A stretch of DNA of 58,620 bases from Clostridiaceae bacterium. Its GTDB lineage: Bacteria > Bacillota > Clostridia > Saccharofermentanales > DTU023. Numbering within the stretch: the first letter of the stretch is position 1; each line of letters starts with the position of its first letter. Positions 15,450-24,995 of this stretch are shown piece after piece. The notes beneath the pieces are model-generated. The model saw nothing but the letters and a program-made list of their open reading frames with translations, ran no database searches and was not told the origin of the DNA. The stretch is from assembly GCA_012799825.1 (NCBI GenBank), contig JAAZKK010000082.1, positions 1 to 58,620 on the forward strand, in the 5' to 3' direction. Both the position numbers and the translations under genes were made by a program.

Positions 15450-16826
15450 TCATGGGAAAAGTCGACGAGCGACCTCGATTTTAGAGGCCATCTGCAGCGC
15501 CTCAGGCGCAACTAAATCAATTAAACGGAGGGTTGTCCTGTTTGGAAGCGTCATCAAAAGTTGATGATCTTGTACACATACAGCAAGCGCGTAATCCTCG
15601 CGACCATCGACGCGATAAAAGAGAAGATCGCCTTCGCGAAACACTGACAGATCAGGGATCCCGTCGATCTTCGGAATCGTCAACGACTCTCCGGCATTTA
15701 AAAGCCCCTCTGTCGTTCGAGTAAGATCCATGCCGATCAAGCGCGATGCCACGAAAATAGCGCCTTCGGGTGACATTCCCTGCATGGTAGCGCCAGATGG
15801 AACGTACGGTGTTCGAAAAAACCGACGGACAGTTGAGGCAAAGACTGTCTGCGGGTCATCTTCAGTCATCAAAGGTTCCGATACAGGCCCTGTGAGCACA
15901 CCGCTTCCGCTGATCCATCCTGAACCGCCGCCGGGCATAATGACGCGAAAAAGATCGCCGCGCCGATAATCTGCAAAAAAGATGCTGCCCATTGGGGCTT
16001 CCGTAAGAAGTGTCCCCTGATACGCATGGCTCATGATGCGTTTACAGGTATCCACGACAAGCACACGGGCAATGGCGCCCGCAGGGTTCACCGAACGCGT
16101 TCCGGCTGCTAACAGGTCACGCCTGACGTAACCTTCAACGCCGTCTTCAAGACGAATTTTAAACCACAGCGCTCCTTGTGTTTCCAGAATAACGCACGGC
16201 TCATTAAACAGAGCGTCGGCCACGCGAGGCGCCTTCAGATCGGGAGATGCGAGTATAGGAGCAAATGACGCCGCGATTACCGCGTCAGCGGGATGATCAG
16301 GCAGCTCCCCTGATGAAGAAGATAACGTCTCGACAGGCGGCGGACTCTCAGGGACACGACCGACCAGACCGGGCACCACAATAAAGAGACCTGCCATCAT
16401 CAGGAAAAAGACGATAATTGCCAACACCCAAGGCGGCCATTTCGATTTTTTAGCGTCGAGATACACGGGGCGACGCGCTCTTTTGCTGTCGCCGTCGCTT
16501 GGCTCGCCGGACTCATGGATAGGCTCGCGCGCGATAGAGATCCTTTCAAGGTCTTTAACACGTTTATTTTTTTTAGTTGAAGACTCGTGAGATCTTGAGA
16601 GCTTTTTGAGGTCTTCGACGCGTTCATTTTTTTCGGTTAAAGGATCGCGAGATTTTGAAATATTTTCGAGGTTATCGCCGCATTGATTTCCTACGGTTGA
16701 AGATTCATGAATGTTAAAGATCTTATTTAGATCTTCGCCATTTTGATTTTCTGCGGTTGAAGGCTCGAAAGTTTTAGAGATATTATCGTCGTTTTGCCGT
16801 TTTTCAGATCGATTGTCCTCGGTCAT
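15450..16826 (-). CDS. membrane-anchored protein with an N-terminal 20-aa tandem repeat region, one TM helix and a C-terminal SH3-like + degenerate NlpC/P60-like domain
   Basis: TM helix WPPWVLAIIVFFLMMAGLFIVVPGLV. The C-terminus resembles NlpC/P60 (GDLLFY motif), but the position of the catalytic DCSG reads MSPEG. Confidence 0.6.
   Translation of the reverse strand: MTEDNRSEKRQNDDNISKTFEPSTAENQNGEDLNKIFNIHESSTVGNQCGDNLENISKSRDPLTEKNERVEDLKKLSRSHESSTKKNKRVKDLERISIAREPIHESGEPSDGDSKRARRPVYLDAKKSKWPPWVLAIIVFFLMMAGLFIVVPGLVGRVPESPPPVETLSSSSGELPDHPADAVIAASFAPILASPDLKAPRVADALFNEPCVILETQGALWFKIRLEDGVEGYVRRDLLAAGTRSVNPAGAIARVLVVDTCKRIMSHAYQGTLLTEAPMGSIFFADYRRGDLFRVIMPGGGSGWISGSGVLTGPVSEPLMTEDDPQTVFASTVRRFFRTPYVPSGATMQGMSPEGAIFVASRLIGMDLTRTTEGLLNAGESLTIPKIDGIPDLSVFREGDLLFYRVDGREDYALAVCVQDHQLLMTLPNRTTLRLIDLVAPEALQMASKIEVARRLFP
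16497..16796 (-). repeat. in-frame imperfect tandem repeat, about 5 x 60 nt (20 aa)
   Basis: Protein periodicity: ..DLNKIFNIHESSTVGNQCG / DNLENISKSRDPLTEKNERV / EDLKKLSRSHESSTKKNKRV / KDLERISIAREPIHESGEPS. Conserved D-L and S-T positions recur exactly 20 residues apart. Confidence 0.6.
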
Positions 16827-17338
16827 GTCTCATCTGCCCCCTGAATATCGGCAAAGGCCAGCGGGTCGCATGACACGACCTGCCTCTGATCTTCTTTAGA
16901 TGTCGGACAGTTTGAGTGTATAGAGAAAGATGAAGCCGCGACGTCCTCCTCGTCCGCCTCTCCTTTTGGAGGGATGGTCTCCATCACACAGAACGCACAG
17001 GCCATCTCCTTTTCGTGTGAAATGCTCACATGACACGCGATACCGCCTATGGATTCAAAATGTCTTCGTGCGGCGCCATGCAGCTTAGCGATCGGCTCAC
17101 CGTTTTGACCTCGCAAAATTTCGATGTCGTGAAAAACAACTCCTGAGCGCCAAAGACCCGTTCCCAGGGCTTTGGACACGGCTTCCTTAGCGGCAAAACG
17201 GCCGGCGAGCCGGCCAGCATCGCCGGAACACAAAGACTTTTCTTCAGGCGTAAAAATTCGGTCAAGAAACCGTTCACCGTATCGTGCTACGGCTCGAATG
17301 ATCCGGTCGACAGAAACGAGATCGACACCGATTCTCAT
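16823..17338 (-). CDS. acpS: holo-[acyl-carrier-protein] synthase (4'-phosphopantetheinyl transferase) with an acidic ~50-aa C-terminal extension
   Basis: MRIGVDLVSVDRI ... FTPEE ... AKEAVSKALGTG ... EILRGQNGEP is the classic AcpS pattern. ATGA-type 4-nt overlaps on both sides. Confidence 0.8.
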   Translation of the reverse strand: MRIGVDLVSVDRIIRAVARYGERFLDRIFTPEEKSLCSGDAGRLAGRFAAKEAVSKALGTGLWRSGVVFHDIEILRGQNGEPIAKLHGAARRHFESIGGIACHVSISHEKEMACAFCVMETIPPKGEADEEDVAASSFSIHSNCPTSKEDQRQVVSCDPLAFADIQGADET

Positions 17339-18549
17339 GGCAAATCCTCAGGCGATGCATTAAGACCGTCGGCAGAGTCGAACGACTCCTCTTCTTCAAT
17401 CAGCCGTTTTTTGCGAAGACGGATGTCACCTGAAGGGAAATTGCAGGTGAGGTAATCGCCGGCAATGCGACTTGCGATACGCTGATCATATTTTTTTGAA
17501 AGATCGCGAACCGTCAAATTGGAGGCGATGATTGTCGACAAACGCTTGTTCTGACGCGTGTCCAGAACGGTGAGCAATTGTGCGAACGATTCCTGCGTCA
17601 GCGGTTCGGTGCCCAGATCGTCAATCAGAAGCAAGTCCCACGATAACAGCGCCTCGTATAACATCGTCGCCTCCTCTAGCTGCTCCGGATCCGCTCTAAA
17701 GGAAAGTTGCTGGCGTTTATAGCGGGCCATCATGTCAAACAAAGTGGGCGACGAGACATAAATCACCGCCTTTCCCTCTTCCATCAAGCGGTGCCCGATG
17801 CACTGCATAAGAAACGTTTTTCCGGTGCCGGGCGCTCCTGAAAAGAAGAGATTCCTATCTTTGAGACGATCGAAATTCGAGACATACGTCGTCGCCATCT
17901 TGACATAACCCGCCATAATCTCGCGCGGCGAGACACCGATCTTTTTCTTATCGGATTTAACGTGTGAGTCAAAAAGGTTGAGATTGAAATTTGAAAATAG
18001 TGCGTCATCATTCATCGGATCCGGAAAATAACGCGGCATAAACGATTGCACCGCCAAATTTCGACACGCACACCAACGGTTTCCGACACGACCCGTGTCC
18101 TCACAAACCGAACAGATATAATCAGGTTCCTGATAACGGTCGTCGATGCCATATTCCAAAAGAAATGCGTCGCGCCTAGCTAAAGCGTCTTGAAAAGCCT
18201 GTTCTGTCTTCCGGCGCGCTGCCGTCATTCCGCTTTCACTTCGCTGTGAAACGTTCCTCTTTAAGGAATCGCTCGTGCTGGAAATCGATTTCTCGCGATC
18301 GTCATCGGAAACCGGCGGTGAGGAATCCGCTGGCTCTGATTGTCGAGCCGTACCCTCCTCAAAAGCGCGGCAATCGGCCTGTAAACGTTCAAACCCTAAA
18401 CGCCGGATGTCGATATCTAATTTTCGAAGCTCCGGATATGCATCGTAAAGCGCGCGCAAACGGTCGTCGCGGCGCTGATACGCATCCTGACGTCGTCGGT
18501 CATAGAGCCGCTCAAGATCACGGTTTAATTTTACGGAAAGACTTATCAT
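17335..18549 (-). CDS. dnaI: DnaI/DnaC-type helicase loader ATPase
   Basis: Cys-rich zinc module CSVCEDTGRVGNRWCAC. Walker A GAPGTGKTF and Walker B LLLIDDLG. Confidence 0.8.
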   Translation of the reverse strand: MISLSVKLNRDLERLYDRRRQDAYQRRDDRLRALYDAYPELRKLDIDIRRLGFERLQADCRAFEEGTARQSEPADSSPPVSDDDREKSISSTSDSLKRNVSQRSESGMTAARRKTEQAFQDALARRDAFLLEYGIDDRYQEPDYICSVCEDTGRVGNRWCACRNLAVQSFMPRYFPDPMNDDALFSNFNLNLFDSHVKSDKKKIGVSPREIMAGYVKMATTYVSNFDRLKDRNLFFSGAPGTGKTFLMQCIGHRLMEEGKAVIYVSSPTLFDMMARYKRQQLSFRADPEQLEEATMLYEALLSWDLLLIDDLGTEPLTQESFAQLLTVLDTRQNKRLSTIIASNLTVRDLSKKYDQRIASRIAGDYLTCNFPSGDIRLRKKRLIEEEESFDSADGLNASPEDLP

Positions 18550-18552
18550 GGT

Positions 18553-19554
18553 TTATCCGATCCTAGGCATTGGCGCTGCCTCAGGCAAAGTGCCGTCATC
18601 GTATGTTTCTTCATCGTGTGCCGTCGAAAAATTGCCTCGGTTGCTGCCAAGCGCCGCCGTTTTCGACTTAAGCGATGCACGCTCCGATTCTCGCTTGCGC
18701 TCGTATGCGTCGATATCTTCTACTGTTTTGACACCGTTTTCATACCAATCTTTGAGAATCGTGCCTACGTAACGGACACTCGGACTTTGCGCGCCGGTCG
18801 TACGCGACAAGGCTTCCTCGATCACATCTTCATCAAAGTCGTACTCGTCTACCCAACGGTCGACATCGCGCAGGTCATACTCCGTCATACGGCGGCGAAG
18901 CCGCTTTCCGACAAGCGCTTTGATGTCATTCTTGCGCATGAAACGCGTGTAGTAAATAGAAAGCTGGTCAAATGTCTTTACACCGGCAGACGCCCAGTCT
19001 TCAGCGATTCTGGCCGCGTAACCGGGACCGGAAAGTTTCTTATTGTTCGAAGCTTCCTGAAACAGGGCATAGACGACTTCCGGTTCAAATCCATACGCTT
19101 CAAACCAGCGGTCGATGTGATCATACCATGTAAACGTCATCATCCCTTGGAAAAAAGTCAAATTGATTTGATTCACCATCACCTCGCGATCTTTGTGCAT
19201 CGTTTCGCGTCGGCGTATTTCACTCGGCGACGACGACGTGATCGGACGATAGCGTTTTTGCAATTCCTGCATTTTGAGATCTAAAATCGCGATGTCCTGA
19301 TCAGATACCGTCACCAAATATCGCTTCTTCAACTCCACAAGCGCCTCATCGACGTCATCTTCCGACATGCCAAGGCGATCAGCCAAATCTTCGACAGTCG
19401 CCTTTCGTGTTCCGCTTTGCGACACAGAATTTAAGAACAGATAACATTTCACGGCGTTGCCGGATAGCTCGGGCATCACATCCTGTATAAAGAGATTGGG
19501 AATCATCGTATCGCTGAAAAGAATGGCACGGCTGTCTTTAATACGCACGGTCAT
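18553..19554 (-). CDS. DnaD-domain replication initiation / membrane attachment protein (DnaB/DnaD-like)
   Basis: Position directly upstream of the dnaI-like gene. Duplicated DnaD-type C-terminal segments (YALFQEA...GYAARIAEDWASAGVKT and EEALSRT...RYVGTILKDWYENGVKT). Confidence 0.75.
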   Translation of the reverse strand: MTVRIKDSRAILFSDTMIPNLFIQDVMPELSGNAVKCYLFLNSVSQSGTRKATVEDLADRLGMSEDDVDEALVELKKRYLVTVSDQDIAILDLKMQELQKRYRPITSSSPSEIRRRETMHKDREVMVNQINLTFFQGMMTFTWYDHIDRWFEAYGFEPEVVYALFQEASNNKKLSGPGYAARIAEDWASAGVKTFDQLSIYYTRFMRKNDIKALVGKRLRRRMTEYDLRDVDRWVDEYDFDEDVIEEALSRTTGAQSPSVRYVGTILKDWYENGVKTVEDIDAYERKRESERASLKSKTAALGSNRGNFSTAHDEETYDDGTLPEAAPMPRIG

Positions 19555-19603
19555 GTTCTCCTTTCCACGCCGTGTCTGCCGCCCAAAAGGCAGTCAGTGT
19601 TTG

Positions 19604-19642
19604 AAAAAAGAGCGAAGGAGATCGCGCACGATACTCCTTCGC
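19604..19642 (-). terminator. rho-independent terminator after the PFOR gene
   Basis: Arms GCGAAGGAG (19612-19620) and CTCCTTCGC (19634-19642). On the minus strand the hairpin is followed by TCTTTTTT. Confidence 0.7.
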
Positions 19643-19669
19643 CTGTCGAGGCGTCTTTGACGCGTTATC

Positions 19670-22600
19670 TTATAATTCTTGATTCGCAAGCCTTACGTAA
19701 TTCTGATACCGCTCCTCTGCCGCTTCGTGCGCGAGATTGAAGATATCAGCGACTTTCTCCGCGTTGTATTTCTTATAAAGAGAGGTATAACGCACTTCGC
19801 CTTTCAGGAATGTGTCGTAATCAACGGTCGGCGGTTTGGAATCAAGGACGAAAGGATTCTTTCCTTCTTCGCCGCGCAACGCGGGATTGTACCGCCACAG
19901 GTGCCAGTAACCCGTATCGACCGCAAGTTTCTGACGATCCTGAGCAAGCGTCATCCCTCCACGGATGCCGTGGTTGATGCACGGAGCATAAGCGATGACA
20001 AGAGACGGGCCATTCCAAGCTTCCGCTTCGCGGAGAGCTCTTAGCGTTTGCGCATGGCTTGCGCCCATCGCGATTTGAGCCACGTAGACGTAACCGTAAG
20101 CCATCGCCATCAAGCCGAGATCTTTCTTCTTCAACGGTTTGCCGCCGGCGGCAAATTCCGCAACGGCGCCAAGAGGAGTCGACTTCGATGCCTGTCCGCC
20201 CGTGTTCGAATAGACTTCCGTATCGAGAACGAGGACGTTGACATCCTCACCTGAGGCGAGAACGTGATCGAGGCCGCCGTAACCGATGTCATAGGCCCAG
20301 CCGTCACCGCCGATGATCCACGTAGAGCGGAGCAAAACGTAATCTTTGAGTTCGAGGATTTTCTCTTTTAAATCATCCGCCTCACCCTGAAGCGATGCAT
20401 CTTCTAAGGCAGCGATGAACGCGTCCGCCACCGGATGAGCGTCTTCCTTATCGTCTTTCTTTTCAAGCCAAGTCTCGATGGCTTGTTTAAGATCGGCCGG
20501 AACATCCATCTTGCCAAGTGCTATAGCATGATCCGTCACACGCTCGCGCAACTGTTTCACACCGAGGTGCATACCGAGGCCGTGTTCCGCATTATCCTCA
20601 AAGAGCGAGTTTGCCCACGAAGGCCCGTGTCCCGCGTCGTTCTTGCAGTAAGGCATCGACGGCGCCGAACCACCGAAGATGGAGGAACAACCCGTCGCGT
20701 TGGAGATCATCATGCGGTCACCGAACAACTGTGTCAACAAACGCAAATACGGTGTTTCGCCGCAGCCCGCACAAGCGCCGGAGAACTCGAATAGAGGACG
20801 CTCAAACTGGCTACCCTTCGGCGTATTTTTGTTCATCGGGTTCGGCTTCTCGCTAAGCGACATCGCGTACTCCCAATTGTCTTTCTCTTGCATGCTGTCA
20901 ACCAGAGGACGCATCTCCAAAGACTTCTTCTTAGAAGGACAAACGTGTGCGCACGCCCCGCATCCCGTGCAGTCCAACGCCGAAACTTGAATCCTGAATT
21001 GATATTGGTCGTACGCCTTCATACCGGGCTTCGTTGTAAAGCCTTCAGGCGCATTCTTCACTTCTTCCTCGTCGAGGAGGAAAGGACGGATGGCCGCGTG
21101 AGGACAGACAAACGCGCACTGGTTGCACTGAATACAATTCTCAGGAATCCAATTTGGAATATTCACGGCAATACCGCGCTTTTCGTAAGCAGTCGTTCCC
21201 TGAGGCATCGTACCGTCAACATGATCCATGAACGCCGAAACGGGCAGTTTGTCGCCTTCCTGGCGGTTCATGACATCAGCGATCTCGCGAACAAATGCCG
21301 GTACCTCACGAGGTTCTGCCGGTTCATCTTCCGCGTCTATCCAACTTGCCGGTACATCGACCTTCCAAACGTCGCGAATTCCGGCTTCGACGGCACTGTA
21401 GTTCATGTTAATGACGTCTTCGCCTCTATGACCGTAAGATCTGACAATAGCGTCCTTCATGTGTTGCACGGCTTCGTCTACCGGAATGACACCGCTGATC
21501 TTGAAGAAAGCCGCCTGACAGACAGTATTAATTCTGCCTCCGAGCCCTAAATCTTGAGCGATTTGAACGGCATCGATGATGTAGAATTGAATGTCGTTTT
21601 TCGCGATGTAGCGCTTCACATGTCCCGGGAGGAAATCATCGAGTTCATCCTGTTTGTGGGAAGTATTGAGCAGGAACGAACCGCCCGGCTTGAGCGAACT
21701 CATTACGTCGTACTGCTGAACGTACGTAGGGTTATGAACCGCTACAAAGTCAGCCTTCTCGACAAGATACGGTTCACGGATCGGTTTGTCACCGAAACGA
21801 AGATCAGAGATCGTGACACCGCCTGATTTTTTGGAATCGTAGGAAAAATAGGCTTGCGCGTACATCGGTGTGTTGTCGCCGATGATTTTGATGGAGTTCT
21901 TATTAGCGCCTACGGTGCCGTCAGATCCAAGACCCCAGAAACGAGCTGAGAAAGTACCGGCGGGCGATACGTGGATCGGTTCTCCAGTCGGCAGAGAAAG
22001 GTTCGTCACATCGTCTTCGATACCGATCGTAAAGCGCGATTTCGGCTGATCTTTCTTCAACTCATCGAAGACAGCTTTAATTTGTGCCGGCGTTGTGTCC
22101 TTTGATCCGAGACCGTAACGGCCGCCAATGATCGTTGCTTCACGACCCGCCTCAGCAAAGGTTGAGATCACATCAAGGAGGAGCGGTTCACCGATGGAGC
22201 CGGACTCTTTCGTTCGATCGAGCACCGCAATTTTCTTAACCGACGCCGGAATGGCCTCCAAGAAACGCTTTGTACAGAAGGGACGATAGAGGTAAACATG
22301 CAATGCGCCTGTCTTACGACCTGACGCATTAAGGTAATCGACTGTCTCGCAAACGGTCTCAAAGACTGAACCCATCGAGATGACGATCTCTTCCGCTTCC
22401 GGATCGCCATAATAGCCATACAACTTGTATTCGCGACCGGTCAATTTTCCAATCTCTTCCATGTAATGTTCAACGATGTCCGGTAGGCGATCGTAATAGA
22501 GGTTGGAGGCTTCGCGCTGCTGGAAGAAAATGTCAGGATTCTGTGCGGAGCCGCGCAGTACAGGATCATTCGGAGTCAAACCACGACTGCGAAACGCTTC

Positions 22601-23206
22601 TAATGCGTTCTGATCGACAAGTTTGGCTAGTTCATTGTAATCCAAAAGTTCAATTTTCTGGATTTCGTGAGATGTGCGGAAGCCGTCAAAAAAGTGTAGG
22701 AAAGGTACGCGAGCTCCAATGGCAGCAAGATGCGCAACCGCGCCAAGATCCATAACGGCTTGAACTGAAGGTGAAGCAAGAAGCGCAAAACCGGTTTGTC
22801 GAACCGCCATCACATCGCTGTGATCACCGAAAATCGACAACGCGTGTGTAGCCAGCGCGCGTGCCGATACATGGAAAACGGCGGGCAACAGCTCTCCCGA
22901 AAGTTTATACATGTTGGGAATCATCAAGAGAAGTCCCTGCGACGCTGTGTACGTCGTCGTCAACGCACCGGTCGCCAGCGAGCCGTGAACCACACCCGAC
23001 GCGCCGCCTTCCGACTGCATTTCGATCACGCGCACGGTCTGCCCAAAGATGTTCTTTCGACCTTCCTGCGCCCACTTGTCAACATAATCGGCCATCGGTG
23101 ACGACGGCGTGATCGGATAGATACCCGCCACTTCCGTAAACGCGTACGAAGCGTATGCGGCGGCCATATTCCCGTCCATCGTCGAAAATTTCTTTTCTTT
23201 TGTCAT
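19670..23206 (-). CDS. nifJ: pyruvate:ferredoxin (flavodoxin) oxidoreductase, single-polypeptide type
   Basis: 1178 aa. Two ferredoxin-type clusters (CIQCNQCAFVCPHA and CTGCGACAHVCP) and the TPP-binding GGDGWAYDIG motif. Confidence 0.95.
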   Translation of the reverse strand: MTKEKKFSTMDGNMAAAYASYAFTEVAGIYPITPSSPMADYVDKWAQEGRKNIFGQTVRVIEMQSEGGASGVVHGSLATGALTTTYTASQGLLLMIPNMYKLSGELLPAVFHVSARALATHALSIFGDHSDVMAVRQTGFALLASPSVQAVMDLGAVAHLAAIGARVPFLHFFDGFRTSHEIQKIELLDYNELAKLVDQNALEAFRSRGLTPNDPVLRGSAQNPDIFFQQREASNLYYDRLPDIVEHYMEEIGKLTGREYKLYGYYGDPEAEEIVISMGSVFETVCETVDYLNASGRKTGALHVYLYRPFCTKRFLEAIPASVKKIAVLDRTKESGSIGEPLLLDVISTFAEAGREATIIGGRYGLGSKDTTPAQIKAVFDELKKDQPKSRFTIGIEDDVTNLSLPTGEPIHVSPAGTFSARFWGLGSDGTVGANKNSIKIIGDNTPMYAQAYFSYDSKKSGGVTISDLRFGDKPIREPYLVEKADFVAVHNPTYVQQYDVMSSLKPGGSFLLNTSHKQDELDDFLPGHVKRYIAKNDIQFYIIDAVQIAQDLGLGGRINTVCQAAFFKISGVIPVDEAVQHMKDAIVRSYGHRGEDVINMNYSAVEAGIRDVWKVDVPASWIDAEDEPAEPREVPAFVREIADVMNRQEGDKLPVSAFMDHVDGTMPQGTTAYEKRGIAVNIPNWIPENCIQCNQCAFVCPHAAIRPFLLDEEEVKNAPEGFTTKPGMKAYDQYQFRIQVSALDCTGCGACAHVCPSKKKSLEMRPLVDSMQEKDNWEYAMSLSEKPNPMNKNTPKGSQFERPLFEFSGACAGCGETPYLRLLTQLFGDRMMISNATGCSSIFGGSAPSMPYCKNDAGHGPSWANSLFEDNAEHGLGMHLGVKQLRERVTDHAIALGKMDVPADLKQAIETWLEKKDDKEDAHPVADAFIAALEDASLQGEADDLKEKILELKDYVLLRSTWIIGGDGWAYDIGYGGLDHVLASGEDVNVLVLDTEVYSNTGGQASKSTPLGAVAEFAAGGKPLKKKDLGLMAMAYGYVYVAQIAMGASHAQTLRALREAEAWNGPSLVIAYAPCINHGIRGGMTLAQDRQKLAVDTGYWHLWRYNPALRGEEGKNPFVLDSKPPTVDYDTFLKGEVRYTSLYKKYNAEKVADIFNLAHEAAEERYQNYVRLANQEL

Positions 23207-23327
23207 GTTTACCCCCTGAGTAAAATGCTATATTTAGCAAAATTAATCGTACACAATTCAGTATAACACGTTATCGCTTGATAACTACGTCGTCGGCATG
23301 TGATGTGAGGCGATCTATGAAATGTTT

Positions 23328-24926
23328 TTATGCCTCATCTCTAACCCACAACGAATGCCCTGTCATCTCATCTGACTTAGGCAAACCGATAATATCTAAA
23401 AGCGTCGGAGCGAGATCCGCAAGACGCCCCTTCTCCAGATGTCCACCAGAAAGACCTGCGCCGATCAGCCAGACGGGATTTGTCGTATGCGCCGTAAATG
23501 GTTCATTCGTTATCGGATCGATCATAGCCTCACAGTTGCCATGGTCTGCCGTGATCAGCGCGAGGCCGCCTCGGTCGACGATGGCCGGGACTGCACGTGA
23601 AAGACAATTATCTACCGCCTCGATCGCTTTCACCGCCGCCTCAAAAACGCCCGTATGCCCGACCATATCGCCATTGGCATAATTTAGAATGATGACATCG
23701 AGGTGATCATCAGATAGCGCCTCAAGCAAGCGATCCGTAACTTCATAAGCGCTCATCTCCGGCTTTAGATCATAAGTCGGAACGGAAGGCGAAGGAACAA
23801 GGATCCGCTCTTCTCCTTCATAGCTGATTTCGCGTCCTCCGTTGAAGAAGAATGTGACGTGCGCATACTTTTCTGTCTCAGCGATGCGAAGTTGTCTCAA
23901 TCCCGCTTTTGAGATGACTTCCCCAAACGTTCCCGTAAGTTCGAGAGGAGGCCACGCGACAAAGAGGTCAGGAAAATGATCAAAATCAGCGCTGTATTCC
24001 GTGAAGGTAACGTAGTGAAGCCCCATGGGGACATATTCTGCCGGAAACTTATCAAATGACGGCTCACAAAATGCGCGTGTAAGCTCTCTTGCCCTATCCG
24101 GACGGAAATTAAAGAAGATGAAAGCATCGCCCGGCTTGACCGGCGCAACGGCGGATCCATCATCATCTACCATAACGACGGGCACGATAAATTCATCCGT
24201 AACGCCTAAGTCATAAGACGTTCGGATCGCTTCTAAAGGATCTCTGGAGGTCTTTCCTTCAAAATTGACTGCCGTCAGCGCGCGATATGCCTTTTCCACA
24301 CGATCCCATCGGTTATCGCGATCCATCGCGTAGTATCGCCCGGAAATCGACGCGATTTTTCCAATGCCGATCTCCCGCATCGAGTCAAGCAACTGCTCCA
24401 TATACGCGTAGCCGCCGGTCGGCGACGTATCGCGTCCATCAAAAAACGCGTGAATCGCGACGTTCTTAACGCCCTCCCGTTTTGCCATCCTGAGTAACGC
24501 CTCAAGGTGAGTGATATGACTGTGAACGCCGCCATCTGAGAGAAGTCCGGCAAGGTGCAATGTCTTATCGCCGTGTGATGCGACACGCATGGCGTCAAGA
24601 AGCACTTTATTATTATAAAAAGAGCCGTCCTCTACCTCGTTGCTGATGCGCAAAAGATCTTGGTAAACGACACGACCCGCTCCAATATTCGTATGTCCGA
24701 CTTCAGAATTTCCCATCTGACCAGCTGGTAAACCGACATCCGTCCCGGATGCTTTGATCTGAGTCACCGGCCACTTTTTCATGAGATCGTCGATAAAAGG
24801 CGTGCGGGCGGCGCAGGCCGCGTTGCCTTTACTCGGAGCTGCAATCCCCCATCCGTCGATAATAATCAACGCAACAGGTTTTTTTTGTAATTTCATCATA
24901 GAATTGATGTATTGACTTCCTTTCAC
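23328..24926 (-). CDS. gpmI: 2,3-bisphosphoglycerate-independent phosphoglycerate mutase
   Basis: LIIIDGWG, GNSEVGH, RDTSP and ADHGN motifs. The ORF opens with GTG at 24926. The true start may be the ATG pair at 24899/24896, and no clear Shine-Dalgarno sequence supports any of them. Confidence 0.9.
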   Translation of the reverse strand: MKGSQYINSMMKLQKKPVALIIIDGWGIAAPSKGNAACAARTPFIDDLMKKWPVTQIKASGTDVGLPAGQMGNSEVGHTNIGAGRVVYQDLLRISNEVEDGSFYNNKVLLDAMRVASHGDKTLHLAGLLSDGGVHSHITHLEALLRMAKREGVKNVAIHAFFDGRDTSPTGGYAYMEQLLDSMREIGIGKIASISGRYYAMDRDNRWDRVEKAYRALTAVNFEGKTSRDPLEAIRTSYDLGVTDEFIVPVVMVDDDGSAVAPVKPGDAFIFFNFRPDRARELTRAFCEPSFDKFPAEYVPMGLHYVTFTEYSADFDHFPDLFVAWPPLELTGTFGEVISKAGLRQLRIAETEKYAHVTFFFNGGREISYEGEERILVPSPSVPTYDLKPEMSAYEVTDRLLEALSDDHLDVIILNYANGDMVGHTGVFEAAVKAIEAVDNCLSRAVPAIVDRGGLALITADHGNCEAMIDPITNEPFTAHTTNPVWLIGAGLSGGHLEKGRLADLAPTLLDIIGLPKSDEMTGHSLWVRDEA

Positions 24927-24995
24927 AAATACGGCGCGCTAAAGGCTATGCCTCGGCGCGCCGGCTATTCCGATTATCGATATCGGCACCGCCGA

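Noticed and set aside
15248-15511. 87-aa minus-strand ORF between the array and the 458-aa gene
   Set aside because: It overlaps the 3' end of the 458-aa gene, has no ribosome-binding site, and has a low-complexity composition.
18616-19284. Long antisense ORFs opposite well-supported genes (also 20888-21550, 40534-41157, 52381-52962, 53808-54509, 56684-57301)
   Set aside because: These are shadow ORFs on the strand opposite strongly conserved genes. Their Arg/Ser/His-rich nonsense composition has no motifs.
24932-24963. GC hairpin CGGCGCGC/GCGCGCCG between pgk-tpi and gpmI as a terminator
   Set aside because: It has an 8-bp stem, but the loop is 16 nt and the downstream tract is weak and interrupted (TATTTGTG). 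It is probably at most an mRNA-processing or stability element.
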